Source of the DNA: Neoechinorhynchus agilis
Lineage: Eukaryota > Animalia > Acanthocephala
Length of the DNA stretch: 64,000 nucleotides
Assembly: GCA_051530055.1 (NCBI GenBank)
Contig: CM121341.1
Span: 10,704,784-10,768,783, forward strand
Direction of reading: 5' to 3'
Below, in pieces: positions 11,528 through 23,990 of the stretch. The translations under genes were made by a program, and so were the position numbers. Every line of letters begins with the position of its first letter. The stretch's first letter is position 1. The notes below the pieces were generated by a model that saw only the letters and a list, made by a program, of their open reading frames with translations, made no database searches and was not told where the DNA came from.

Positions 11528-14500
11528 TTAACTCGCACCAAAACAAATAAGTGTCCTCGGTAGTATGATCCCCCATTTCCAGTGCTGAATGTTACAGTTT
11601 TTCCTTGCAAAATATCCCATTGAACACATTGATACGTTGGCTCCGAGACCGATGAGAAAAGTGACCCAAAACAAAATGTTCTTCAGGTTACTCCTGTATT
11701 GAGATTTTGGAATGAGTGTCATCAGAACTTAATGCTTCGTTTTACAAAAGATAAACCGCGGAAATACTTACATCCAATAAACCCAAAAAGAACAATATTA
11801 ACTGGATAAAAATAGCCTAGCATAAACGTGAGAATATACTCATGAACCAAAGAACTCATTAGGACGACCACAAAGGATGCTAAGACTTTATACTTCGGTC
11901 CTAGGAGCTAAGGATATTCGATCGATACTGCGCAAAGTCAATTATTCAGTATACCTGAAGGAGATCCAGATAAACGTAGTTATAGAGCCAATCGTGTACA
12001 ACTACATTCCATGTACGATAGTAGCCTCTATAGTCAGTCGATTTCCACCAATCCTGCGAAGAATCGAAATAAAAGTTTCGATTTTAAGTATGCATTAGAG
12101 ATGATACCTGATAGAACATCCGATCAGCGAAGCGTAGCATTTCGGCAAATGCGTTGAGCCAACAATGAAGAAATCCGTAAAATACTAAATAAATAAAATG
12201 GAGGCGAAATAAGTCGCATAAAATGATGTTTTAGACTCAGCCGGAATTTCGTAAATTCAACAAAAAAGAAAATACAGTAAAATCAAGTTAGTTGGACCAC
12301 CACGTAACCGGATTAAGAATCGAAACAAATGTATTTACATAAGCGTACGGCCAAATCCGGTTAATCGGACAAGTCGATCACTAGAAGCAAAACGATCGCA
12401 ACCCGGAAGCTATAGTAGTCAAATCAGGCAAAAAAAGATACAGTAAGGTTTGACATTTTCAATATGAAGATGCCCTCGAAAACAACATGAATAGAAATCG
12501 TTAGGAAAATAAGTTGCTCACTCACCAAGCAGTAAAAGCAAAGATCCGGGCAATATACAAGAGAACGTGCTATAAAGAAACTCTTTAAGCTCCAGATTAT
12601 CACCACTGAAGTGTTTAAATCGTGCGACCGAAACCCTTAGGAATACATAGTAGGAGTAAAGTATAGTTATGGCGACTTCAGCTAAATTCTTTGCCACAAA
12701 GTGCCATCTGATTTCTTTTGTCCTAGCATGAAACGAAGTTATGAACGATTTTATAAATAAATCTTACCTCGGATATTCATCTCTGTACACTAGAGTTGGT
12801 GCAAACAAAAAGTATAAATATTTTGAATAAGTTGGCAGCATAACTGGGTTAGTAGGATTCATCGCTCGGGGAGCGTTTTCACGGACGAAGGCATATTGCT
12901 TCATTATCATTCTTATCTGATTGATTGAATTAGGAATCTTTACTCATCATAGCCAAGAACTAACCTGCTCCATCAAAATACAAGCTGACGTGGCTATTGG
13001 AAGCTTGTTGGTGATTACACATTTGAGTGGAAAATACCAGAAGTAAGCGATGAAGCCAACAAATGCCGAAATGAATATTCGATCGTAGCTGCTAGTGTTG
13101 TATTTCTGGTATCTCCTTAAAGCTGCCCAGCAGTAGAATCCCACATACAGTACTATTAGACATAAAAAGCTCATCTGGAGCCAGCACGACAATCCCGTTG
13201 AGAACTTTCCAAAGCACCAGAATATAAGGCTGAAATCTGGAAGGAACCTATATGTGGTATTGTGATAGAGCGAACATTGAAGTGATTTTTGGAGTTTTTC
13301 CCAAATTTGTAAGCAAAAGCGGAATAATCTTAAATGTTACTAGCAAACCGGTTCTATTGATTAAGATTATTACATCCCTATGTCAAAATGGAAAACTAAA
13401 AGAGCCGAGGAAGATGTTCAACAAAATTACTTGCCGAATGAAATATACTAAATTGTGTCCTGGTAATCAAAAAGCAGATTAGCTTTACTATCAATAAAGA
13501 TGATCAAACAGCGAATATATTCGGATGAATATCATGAAAACTGTTTTGAATTTCATGAATTTCAGAGAAGAAAACCCCATGTCAACGCTTGATTTGCGAT
13601 CGGTGTTGTCCCAAAATAAAACTAACATTATGGAAATAATACTAATTATTTAAACTTTCTTTGCCGGGTGATCAAGAAGCCTAAATTAAGTTCTCATTGG
13701 CTTACTTTTTGTCATCGATCATGTCGTGCAGAAATGTCTGCAATGCGAATATAATCATAACAGCGATGAACACATGCCTAATCGTATTGACATGACTGAA
13801 CTCGAATAGATCACTAAGGATTGAAGTTCTGTTTGTAAAGACTTTCCTTGCAGGTCTCTTTGGTTTTGTATTCGATTCAGTCGATTGTGAATCTATGGAT
13901 TTTCGAACAAGTGAATTCCGGCCCATCTTCTGATGGTGATCTTCACTAGATTTAAAGCGTAGAAGATCATCGATTTGATCGACAATTGTTTCAGTAAGGT
14001 TCCGTATGGTGTTTTCAACTTCAACTCTGAGGAGCTAAGCGAAAGTGAGCGTGATCTTCAGAGGTACAAATGCAATGAAAACAAACCTTTGTTTTTTCAT
14101 ACAACAATACTTGAGAAATATCTGACTGGTCACCACGGGACTCAGTTACACAAGTAAGTTTTTCTGCTAAACGAAAATTGGAAAAATCGATTTTATTTTC
14201 TAATGCATATCAATAGTCAATATAGTTATTGAAAAATAGTGGTCGCGTGGCTAAATAGTGGTGATGCGGGTAGACTCTCAAATCTCGGTGGTAGTAAAGT
14301 GAAGAAGGCGATTGATAATAGAATCGGTTGTGATGGAACGCATGGATGGATCTCATATAAGAATGATATCCAAGATCTCGGACCGAATTATAAAGTCCAC
14401 TCAAAGACATACGAACTCGTTCCATCCTATCAGATAGGTTGCTGATAGGGGAGCGATGTGTAAAGACTGATTTTGCACGACGTTCGTGCGACGAAACGCG

Positions 14501-14984
14501 GTAATCCCATCGATTATCATGATAAGTTCTGTTGATTTTTCGAAGTCCCAGATAGAAAAAACCAACTGGTGTAATAGGAAGGCCAAAACGTGGATTCGTA
14601 TCGAAACCGATCGTCTTTTAAAAAGAAAGGACTTTTGGCTCTAATATGACTGTAGTATCCATGAGGGTATATAGAAACGTATCCGACTGGCGGAACTGAT
14701 TGGCTTCTACTATACCGTCGGTAGTTGTAAGATTCGGATGAACGACAAGTTGAGAGGGATCGACGGTACCGATCTCGATGCATTTTCCTGACGGTTGGAG
14801 AGGAAGATCAGGTTATATGGCACGCCTCTTATGTGTCTATACAATGCTTGATGCTAATGTTAGCATCCGGAACGTTGCCGGTAGGATGGAAGATGTGCGT
14901 GAACAACGGAAAGATAATTCATCACAAATCCTTACCATTAGTCGGAATTTGTCTCAGACCTCCGCTGGGTCGTCTATACTCCAT
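11528..14984 (-). CDS. SOAT1: Sterol O-acyltransferase (ACAT, MBOAT family), multi-exon
   Basis: [39 protein letters not shown]|[68 protein letters not shown] and catalytic VHEY. Exon 1 (14984-14936, [21 protein letters not shown] donor) is inferred and less certain. Confidence 0.9.
14210..14783 (-). CDS. Tyr/Arg/Ser/His-rich orphan of about 190 aa, split by one apparent frameshift at 14556-14561
   Basis: Removing one base from the T6 run joins MHRDRYRRS...RSQSVPP...RAKSP...SWFF to a stop-free frame [30 protein letters not shown]...NNYIDY*; AATAAA follows the stop. Confidence 0.6.
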
Positions 14985-16329
14985 TTCAGTCTGAAAATGC
15001 GAGTAGCTGTTGCATTGGTACTCCTCAAATGTTCCTTAGAGAAAAGGGAAATGGATGAGCTAGAGCACTTAAATATTACAAAATGCTCCTTCGACGACAG
15101 TTTTGGATATGAAAATCAAGTAGAATTCGTTCAATCGAACGGAATATTATAAACTTTGGACTATTCCGTCCGATTACGGTTTAAAAGAGTCAAAAATAAA
15201 ATGACTTGAAGAAAAAGGAGATCGCATTACTGCTTCTAATTTGATAAAGACACCTTATCCATATGGAGAAAAGATTTTTAGGGAAATAAGAAGATGATCT
15301 TCATTGCGCAACGATTTTTACGGATGAGAATATTTCCCATGCAAATCAGTATAAGTCATAAGCCGAATGGCATTGTTGTTGACATAAATTCCGTCAGCCT
15401 TCATCTAGCATTAACTTGTCTGATATTCCACACATCTTGAGTGACAACTGCTAGATGTCGTTGCTGATGGAGTTGCGATTAAATCACTTAAAATTCCTGG
15501 TCCATTCAACAGTGGAATTTCTGATCACCCATTTTTCAAACGTTAATTTAAAGAAACTTGATCAAAAAGATCATTTTCATAAGAAAGGCTATCGAAGTTT
15601 ACAAAGCGTGAATATTGTAGTTTTCTCAAAAATATTTCACTTTTTAAAGCATCTATGAGATAGTCGACAATGAAATTAATCTGACTTTTAGTTTGCAGAA
15701 CTAAATCGACATCACTTTTTGAAAAAATAGCCAGTATACTTTTTGTAGCAAAATCCCAAGCCTATCGATTATGGAAATTTAATTCAATGGATCAATTCGT
15801 GTTTAAGTCACTTGGTTATTTCTCAAACCAAATCTTTTAAAACGACAAAATCAATCGATGCATAAATAAGAGTAGTGAGCTTTCCAATGGTTTCGGCCAA
15901 CCAAAGTCATTTGGGATAGAATAAACAATGCATTGAAAATATGATTCCTTGAGTATTGTCTTCTACACTTATCTCACAGTACACCTTTCGAGTGTTTGCT
16001 GTGTTTATAATTCTGCATGTAAAGCATTTCATCAAACCAAAAACAATACATTGCTAAATGGCACTGCTGCATGTCCATGAATTAACTTGCTTAAATTAGA
16101 AAAAAAGAGCGTGTTATCCAAAGTGACTATAAATCGCTTTGTAAGCTCATTTGAAAGACGTCAGAAAAAATCAGGTTCATAATTTTATCTTAAAGTCACT
16201 GTATTTTTAGTCTGCTAACAACCTATTAAAGTTGCTCGCCTTGAAAAGCGTGAACTTTAACTGCCAATAAGATTTTTGGGGAAAATCAAAATCCAGAATA
16301 GAATCATTGTTTAGGTCTTAACTATATAA

Positions 16330-16480
16330 GTAATTTTTTTATTATAAACGTTCTGTGAACCTCGCATTTTTGAACTGATGATCAACTCGACGAAGTTCCA
16401 AAAAACGTCTTTAGTGCAAAAAACTATTTATGGGGTGAAGATTTCTAAGCAATAATTCTAATCACCTGCTCACATATCGA
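16330..16480. mobile_element. Degenerate copy of family H3
   Basis: AACGTTCTGTGAACCTCG...CTGATGATCAACTCGACGAAGTTC...GATTTCTAAGCAATAATTC matches the 24700-24870 element. Confidence 0.55.
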
Positions 16481-17156
16481 CATTTTGAAAATTCAGTTAG
16501 GTGAAAGTATCCATAGTTAAAGAAGTTTGCAAAAATCAAAATCTAGAATAAAAAATAAAGAAAATTGAACAACTTATCGAAATACATTGTATGCAAATGA
16601 AAATATTTTTAAGCGTTTTCGAATTCAGTATCATTTTTAGGGTTTAAAGAAAAATCAATATTTAAAATTTTACGCTTCGAATTTTAAAATATAAAAAGGA
16701 TGAAAAATTATTATCAACAAGAATGTTTAGGCGTGGACGAAATTATTTTTAGACGTTCAAGATATCGCTGTTAATTTACCATTAAAATCAGTAGATACGA
16801 ATACGTAAAATTTAACAAAGCAATTTTAAAGTTTTAGGCTACCAACCCGTTTTGTAGGAGTAATTTAAAATTTATTGTCCAACAAGATAGAAAATTATCT
16901 ACACCTAGATATCTTCTAATTTGTTCAAGCTAATTTTCGATCTGAATAATATCCCGTGGTTCCACCGAAATTGTCAATTTTTAAAACACAAAAAGCGACT
17001 TTTGGTCTTTTGGTGTTTGATAATAACCAGTACTGTCCTATTTCGTAAAAAACACTACTTTATCTAGAAAAATTGGCCAAATACATGGAAACTTTGAAAT
17101 TATAAAATGTCTGATCATTTTGGATAGCTAAGTAAATTAACCATATGAAGAATCTG

Positions 17157-17533
17157 AATTCACTAATTTATTTAACCGACATTCCACTTCTCGGATAATT
17201 CCGACATTTCTTCAAGGTTTATCATTGCTTCTAAGTTTTCTACAATGTAAATTCGTGAGAAAACTCACAAGCAATCAGAAGCCTCGGAAACAAATCATCG
17301 GTTAATTTAAATCGGAGGGGTGGCAAAATTAAGAAAAAGAAAGTATATTTTTCCCCAACAAATTTCTTTTTTACTAAAGAAAAACACTGTGAATGTCGGA
17401 TCAAAATAGTTAGAAACCTTGATTCGTTTAAATTTTAATGTATATTCAATTCTTGGATCGTAAGAGACTACAAATTTGAGAAATGGTTCTAATTTTTAGA
17501 GAGAGCGAGAAGATACAGTTATTCAAAGCGCAT
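17157..17533. repeat. Solitary monomer of the about 375-bp repeat that is tandem at 30445-31843
   Basis: Near-identical to the units at 31395-31770 (AATTCACTAATTTATTTAACCGACA...GAAGATACAG). Confidence 0.9.
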
Positions 17534-18904
17534 GAGTTGATCCAGATTTTTCGCGAGATCTCAATGAAGGGAACAATGACGCTCCTTCACTATGAGTGCA
17601 TTCGCTAAAAGCTTCACATAGTGGGATCGTGCAAGCTCCGTAAAAATCTAAAATACGAACTCTCTCTACGTCTGTTCAAAAGCAAACGCACCCATTTCTT
17701 GATTTTTATGGTGTATGAAGAAAAAACTACGTGTTGTTAAGGCTTATTTCGAACTTTCACTGAGTGTCATGGTTGCAAACGCAACGTGAGACAGAAAATC
17801 TCATATTTACGAAATCCTTTTGAGTGTAGCTAAAAAACGATTACGAAGGTGATTCTCGTCAAATTACAACAAAATCTCGGTTAGATTCCATAAAATCTTC
17901 ACGTTTTTTCATGAGGTATGATAATTCCATCCTTAGATTTATTTAGAACTTGATTTAAATCGCTTCAAACGTCGCCTTTCAATTTTTAAACGATTTCTAT
18001 ACGGAGTAAAGAATAGTCCTGCAAAAAAGAGTTCCAAGAACTTGAATCCGAACTATAAATTTAATCTTTCTTAGTTAAATCTGTCTCAGCTCTTTTTTGT
18101 GATGAATCACCAAATTTGGTTTAAATGCTAGGATGCTTCGGAAAAGAAGCCAATAATTTCCTCTCACGACTGGGAGGGGGTACCGGCGACATGCGCTCCA
18201 GCAGCTCCCTGATGCAGCGAGACAGTCGCAGAATTGGACGAAAAGGAGGAATTTGTGAACTGGAAGATAAAAAATTTTGTAGATGAAAAGATCTTGAGAA
18301 ATAAAAAAGTTACAAATAACAAAGTATCCGTTTAACTAAAAACTTAAAATTTAGCCTTTCCCTTTTTTAGAATTGATCAATAAGTTGTGTTAGAAAATTA
18401 TCGTCCACTTCGTCTTGAAGCACAAATCCCCAAATCTGAGATATTTTAGAAAAACAAATCCGATCAAATCCACTTAATTGTCGCATTAAGTTTTGGTCAG
18501 GAGAACTATTTATGCTTCTAAAGGGCCTCCATGTTCTTTAATCTTACTAAAAATCCTGTAGTCTAAAACTTTAACTAGATTTTTTGGTTTAATACGCATC
18601 AATTATTATTATCGTTTGAGGCGGTTCACAGTCGTATTTTAGCCAATCAAAATCCTCCTAAGGTTAATATTCAACTAATTGTTTTAGAATGTAATAAACA
18701 GTGAGACGTTGATTGGTCAAGAAATTTACGTCACAGCGATAATCCCAACAGTATAAGAATCGACTTTTACACGGTGACGTCATAAACACATACGAAAGAA
18801 AGCATACAGAAAGGGTTCATGGAAGCCGCCTGAAAACTTAGTGTTCTAAAAGCCTATTTTGCGACAAATGAAAATATTGGAACGTTCAATACGAATGCAT
18901 TCTA

Positions 18905-19060
18905 ACGAGTGGCTCAGCCGGTAGTCTTTTTATAGATACGCTTTATAGTCCACCCCGACTTCAGTCTGCTCCCGATCTCAGTTAGGGTCAAGTGGTTCGA
19001 ATCCGTTACCGCCGATGAGGCACACCCAAAAGGGGACGAAATACCTCGTCGAAGGAAAGA
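18905..19060 (+). mobile_element. tRNA-derived SINE-like sequence (Pol III A and B boxes) with a decayed hammerhead-like tail
   Basis: A box TGGCTCAGCCGG (18910-18921); B box GGTTCGAATCC (18994-19004) in a pairable T-stem; acceptor stem does not pair; followed by CCGATGAG...CCC AAAA GGG GAC GAAA...GTC. Confidence 0.4.
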
Positions 19061-19221
19061 GGAAATTCACGGATGAGTCTTGCCTTCTCTGGAGGTATCT
19101 GAGATCTTTCAAACTCATAACCGTACGGTATTAAGGCATTGATCGCAGACCAGCGCTTCCCAGACCGAAATCGATGGACTGTGTGTCCATTCGACCGCGT
19201 ATGGAATAATAAAACATATCG

Positions 19222-19346
19222 ATATAGAGATTAATTTATTGATTTCCTTTCACACAACATTTCGTCCGTTTCGTAGGACTACTACGGGTTGTTTCACAAG
19301 TTTTCTAATATGTAAGAACCTGAAGAAGCCCGACGAAATGAAAATC
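19222..19346. repeat. Family H2 element with two inverted, decayed hammerhead-like cores
   Basis: Minus strand ACAAC CCGTAGT A GTCCT ACGAAA CGGAC GAAA TGTTGTG...GGAAATCAATAAATTAATCTCTATATC matches 3766-3838; plus strand CTGAAGAAGCCCGACGAAA at 19320. Confidence 0.6.
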
Positions 19347-19651
19347 ACAAATACTGCAAAAAAAGCAACAACGATTCAGTTGTAAAAAAACAGTTTTGAA
19401 GGAATTTTATTAAATCCGATATTTCGGAGGTACAATCGTAGCCACAAACTTATTGTGCCTCCGAAATATCTGGTTTAATAAATTCCTTTAATTTTTCGGC
19501 TATAAACAAACATCAAAATAATTCAACGTTCAAAACAAAAAATTGGGGCTGCTAAGACCCAATTATCGTAGGACACTTTCAAAGGCGTGTCAAAACAAAA
19601 AAGTCGAGATTTATTTGAAACTATTAAATAGCAGTTCAAAATTTGAAAAAA

Positions 19652-19710
19652 GGCATTCATGTCTAATCCACCTGAGAAGACAAGGTTTAGAATTAAACAT
19701 TCATTTGGCC
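19652..19710 (-). promoter_or_regulatory. SECIS element (form II) in the TGR 3' UTR
   Basis: GGCC AA AUGAA UGUUUAAUUC U AAA CCUUG-UCUUCU-CAGG U GGAUUAGACA UGAA UGCC: AUGA/GA quartet, 10-bp helix II, unpaired AAA and apical mini-stem, about 70 nt after the stop. Confidence 0.9.
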
Positions 19711-19777
19711 GTTTTTTGCTAGAAAAAGAGGTCGAACTGCTTCAAGATCTGTTTTCCGCGTTTGGAAAACAGTTCCC

Positions 19778-21822
19778 TTAACCTCAGCATCCACCGGAGC
19801 CGATTTCGGCCCCTGATGCCTTAGTCACTGTAAGTTTAGTAAAGGACTCTGCCGACGTCGGGTGAATACCGACGAGTTCGTCAAAGTCTGATTTCCTTGC
19901 TCCGAGTTTGATCCCAAGTGCGAATCCTTGAGTGACTTCGCCAGCGTTGGGGCCGAAGTAATGGAAGCCAACAACACGTTCATCGTCAGGTTTAAGAACT
20001 ATGAGTTTGATATAACACACGTCTGAAGATCGATGTGGAACAGTCCATTCAAAAGGAAATATATTATTATGGTAGACATCAATGTTGCCTTCTCCGAATC
20101 TTCGTTTTGCCTCTTGTTCTGATAGGCCTATACATCCGTATTCGAGAGGAGTGAAGACAGTCGTAGGGACAGCGTTGTAGTTCATTTTCTTTGTAGATTT
20201 CGAAAATAAACGTTCGGCCAGTAAAATGCCCGCTTTGATTGCAACTGGGGTCAACTCAAGACCCAACTGTCCCGATGCGTCGTTCGATGGCATTGAGAAA
20301 TCTCTTATGCAATCTCCAATGGCATAGACGTGATCAGCACTTGTCTTCTCATTAATTGTAACGATTTTCTTAGTCTTTGGGTCAATCAGAACATCTCCGG
20401 CGTTTTCAAGTTTAAGCCCATCGAGAACAGGATCGCGTCCGATTGCGAAAATAACCGTGTTTACCTCAGAAATGCATCCAGTTTCATCAGTGTCGAGGTT
20501 CTTGTAATGAACACTGACCTCCCGTTTATCGGTTCCGTCAAAATTCATCCCGGACGCACTTGCCTGTTGTGTGCATTCAATCCGGGTGGGAATCGTCGTC
20601 CTTAAGAATTCAACACCCACTTCGTTCTCCATATAAGCACCGATCAAATTGGCGATTTCCTGATCGAATCCTCTAAGAAGAATACTTCTGATCATAACAG
20701 TTACGTCGCATCCCAACTCGCGTAAAAATCCAGCGCATTCAAGGGCAACGTAGCTTGCGCCAATAACCACGGTTTTGCCAGGATAACGCTTAAGCCAAAA
20801 TATGTCGTCGCTCGTTATTCCGAGTTCTTTAGCACCAGGGATCCCCGGATACCGAGGACGTCCGCCAACTGCAATCACAAACTTCTCTGAACTAATCTCA
20901 GTCACTTCTCCTTTCTTATCCATACATCGTAGAACGTGAGGAGATTTGAACTCACCGTAACTATTCTTATAATCAATCTTGGCTCGTCGTAGTTGTCCAC
21001 GGTAATTAAAATTTAAAGAAAGAATGTGATTGTTAATGTTATCTATCAATGTTTCGTAATCGTTTTTGATCGATTCATGATCCAATTTCCAACCAAACGA
21101 CTCACCATCTTTCATGTATTCACCAATCAAAGCAGCCTGATGGAACAGCTTTTTAGGGATGCATCCAACGTTCACACATGTTCCTCCGTATCCCCACGAA
21201 ATGCCCATTGGAGTTGGTTTAACGAAATCAAGGATGCACACTCTTGCGCCGAGTTTAGCCGCTTCTTTTGCACAAGCGTTTCCGCCAGAACCTCCACCGA
21301 TCACAACGAGATCATAGTCGTATTGGCGATCAGGATCGCCACTTGCTTTCGAAAGCGAATCCTGAGGAGCTAGTTTTCGGTTTAAAATCGCATCCAACTT
21401 TCCATTCTCAACGGCTTCTTTTGTACTGTCACATCCACCAATATGGAGCCCACGGACTACCACATTTGGAACAGTTTTTTGTCCTGTTCGCCGAATAATT
21501 TCTGCTTTTATCGCAGCACCGTCCTCCATCTCGTCCATGTCCACAGCCTTAAACTTCTTCTTCAATTCAGTTAGCAAATTCTTCACCTAAAAAAGTACAC
21601 ACCTATTTTACCTCTGAAAATATGGCGAAATTTCGAAATCAACTAATAAACGCCATGTCTCTAAAGGTAAATCAATTCAAAAAATCAACATACCTCACGA
21701 CAGTATGGACACGTTGACCGACTGAACACGACGATCTCGTTTTCTCGAACATATTGGTCCACGAGTTCACTTGCCCGAGTTAATGCAAAATAACTCGAGG
21801 AAACCGGAGTTAAAGTTACCAT
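19778..21822 (-). CDS. TGR: Thioredoxin-glutathione reductase (Grx-TrxR fusion), selenoprotein, 2 exons (21822-21694, 21586-19778)
   Basis: Grx domain CPYC...TVPNV...GGCD; FAD motif GGGSGG; redox CVNVGC; GASYVALE; HPT; C-terminus GGA TGC TGA GGT TAA = G-C-U-G-stop; SECIS downstream. The ORF track stops at the Sec codon. The start codon is my assignment. Confidence 0.95.
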
Positions 21823-22054
21823 CGATCTTTGTGTAGAGATCTAAAACGAAATGTGAGTATGACACTCAAAGGTGCGCGTCGAGCAGTGAGTTTCTGGATA
21901 AAGCTTAATCATTTTCTTAGTTTCCCCAACTTAAGAAATGAGACAATTTGTGTTCACTGACGCAAAAAACGAGGAATATATCGATTTCTTAAATTGCTCA
22001 ATCGATAATGGCAGCTGAAATTGGGGAAAATTTTAAGGGTAAATTTAAAAGCCT

Positions 22055-23990
22055 TTATAAGTAGAACTTTTAGAATAAAGAAATACGATTTTGCGAAGAT
22101 TGGTACAAAGGAACAAATTAGAGTAGAAATTGCGAATCAAATCAATAATTCGATCGATAAGTAGGTTTGTCGGCGGCTCTTGATGTTTCCTAGAAAAAAA
22201 TACAGACATTTGTGAGCGTATTCTTTCCAACTTTTATAAGTAGAACTTTTAGAATAAAGAAATACGATTTTGCGAAGATTGGTAAAAGGAACAAATTAGA
22301 GTAGAAAACGAATCAAATCAATAATTCGATCGATAAGTAGGTTTGTCGGCGGCTCTTGATGTTTCCTAGAAAAAAATACAGACATTTGTGAGCGTATTCT
22401 TTCCAACTTTTATAAGTAGAACTTTTAGAATAAAGAAACACGATTTTGCGAAGATTGGTACAAAGGAACAAATTAGAGTAGAAATTACGAATCAAATCAA
22501 TAATTCGATCGATAAGTAGGTTTGTCGGCGGCTCTTGATGTTTCCTAGAAAAAAATACAGACATTTGTGAGCGTATTCTTTCCAACTTTTATATGTAGAA
22601 CTTTTAGAATAAAGAAACACGATTTTGCAAGATGGTACAAAGGAACAAATTAGTAGAAATTACGAATCAAATCAATAATTCGATCGATAAGTAGGTTTGT
22701 CGGCGGCTCTTGATGTTTCCTAGAAAAAAATACAGACATTTGTGAGCGTATTCTTTCCAACTTTTATAAGTAGAACTTTTAGAATAAAGAAATACGATTT
22801 TGCGAAGATTGGTACAAAGGAACAAATTAGAGTAGAAATTACGAATCAAATCAATAATTCGATCGATAAGTAGGTTTGTCGGCGGCTCTTGATGTTTCCT
22901 AGAAAAAAATACAGACATTTGTGAGCGTATTCTTTCCAACTTTTATAAGTAGAACTTTTAGAATAAAGAAACACGATTTTGCGAAGATTGGTACAAAGGA
23001 ACAAATTAGAGTAGAAATTACGAATCAAATCAATAATTCGATCGATAAGTAGGTTTGTCGGCGGCTCTTGATGTTTCCTAGAAAAAATACAGACATTTGT
23101 GAGCGTATTCTTTCCAACTTTTATAAGTAGAACTTTTAGAATAAAGAAACACGATTTTGCGAAGATTGGTACAAAGGAACAAATTAGAGTAGAAATTACG
23201 AATCAAATCAATAATTCGATCGATAAGTAGGTTTGTCGGCGGCTCTTGATGTTTCCTAGAAAAAAATACAGACATTTGTGAGCGTATTCTTTCCAACTTT
23301 TATAAGTAGAACTTTTAGAATAAAGAAACACGATTTTGCGAAGATTGGTACAAAGGAACAAATTAGAGTAGAAATTGCGAATCAAATCAATAATTCGATC
23401 GATAAGTAGGTTTGTCGGCGGCTCTTGATGTTTCCTAGAAAAAAATACAGACATTTGTGAGCGTATTCTTTCCAACTTTTATAAGTAGAACTTTTAGAAT
23501 AAAGAAACACGATTTTGCGAAGATTGGTACAAAGGAACAAATTAGAGTAGAAATTACGAATCAAATCAATAATTCGATCGATAAGTAGGTTTGTCGGCGG
23601 CTCTTGATGTTTCCTAGAAAAATACAGACATTTGTGAGCGTATTCTTTCCAACTTTTATAAGTAGAACTTTTAGAATAAAGAAACACGATTTTGCGAAGA
23701 TTGGTACAAAGGAACAAATTAGAGTAGAAATTGCGAATCAAATCAATAATGATCGATAAGTAGGTTTGTCGGCGGCTCTTGATGTTTCCTAGAAAAAAAT
23801 ACAGACATTTGTGAGCGTATTCTTTCCAACTTTTATAAGTAGAACTTTTAGAATAAAGAAACACGATTTTGCGAAGATTGGTACAAAGGAACAAATTAGA
23901 GTAGAAATTACGAATCAAATCAATAATTCGATCGATAAGTAGGTTTGTCGGCGGCTCTTGATGTTTCCTAGAAAAAATACAGACATTTGT
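22055..23990. repeat. Tandem array, about 178-bp unit, about 11 highly similar copies
   Basis: TTTTATAAGTAGAACTTTTAGAATAAAG...GTTTGTCGGCGGCTCTTGATG...GAGCGTATTCTTTCCAAC recurs every 177-179 bp. Confidence 0.97.

Noticed and set aside
18905-19012. Functional tRNA gene
   Set aside because: The acceptor stem does not pair and no anticodon arm is discernible; kept only as SINE-like.
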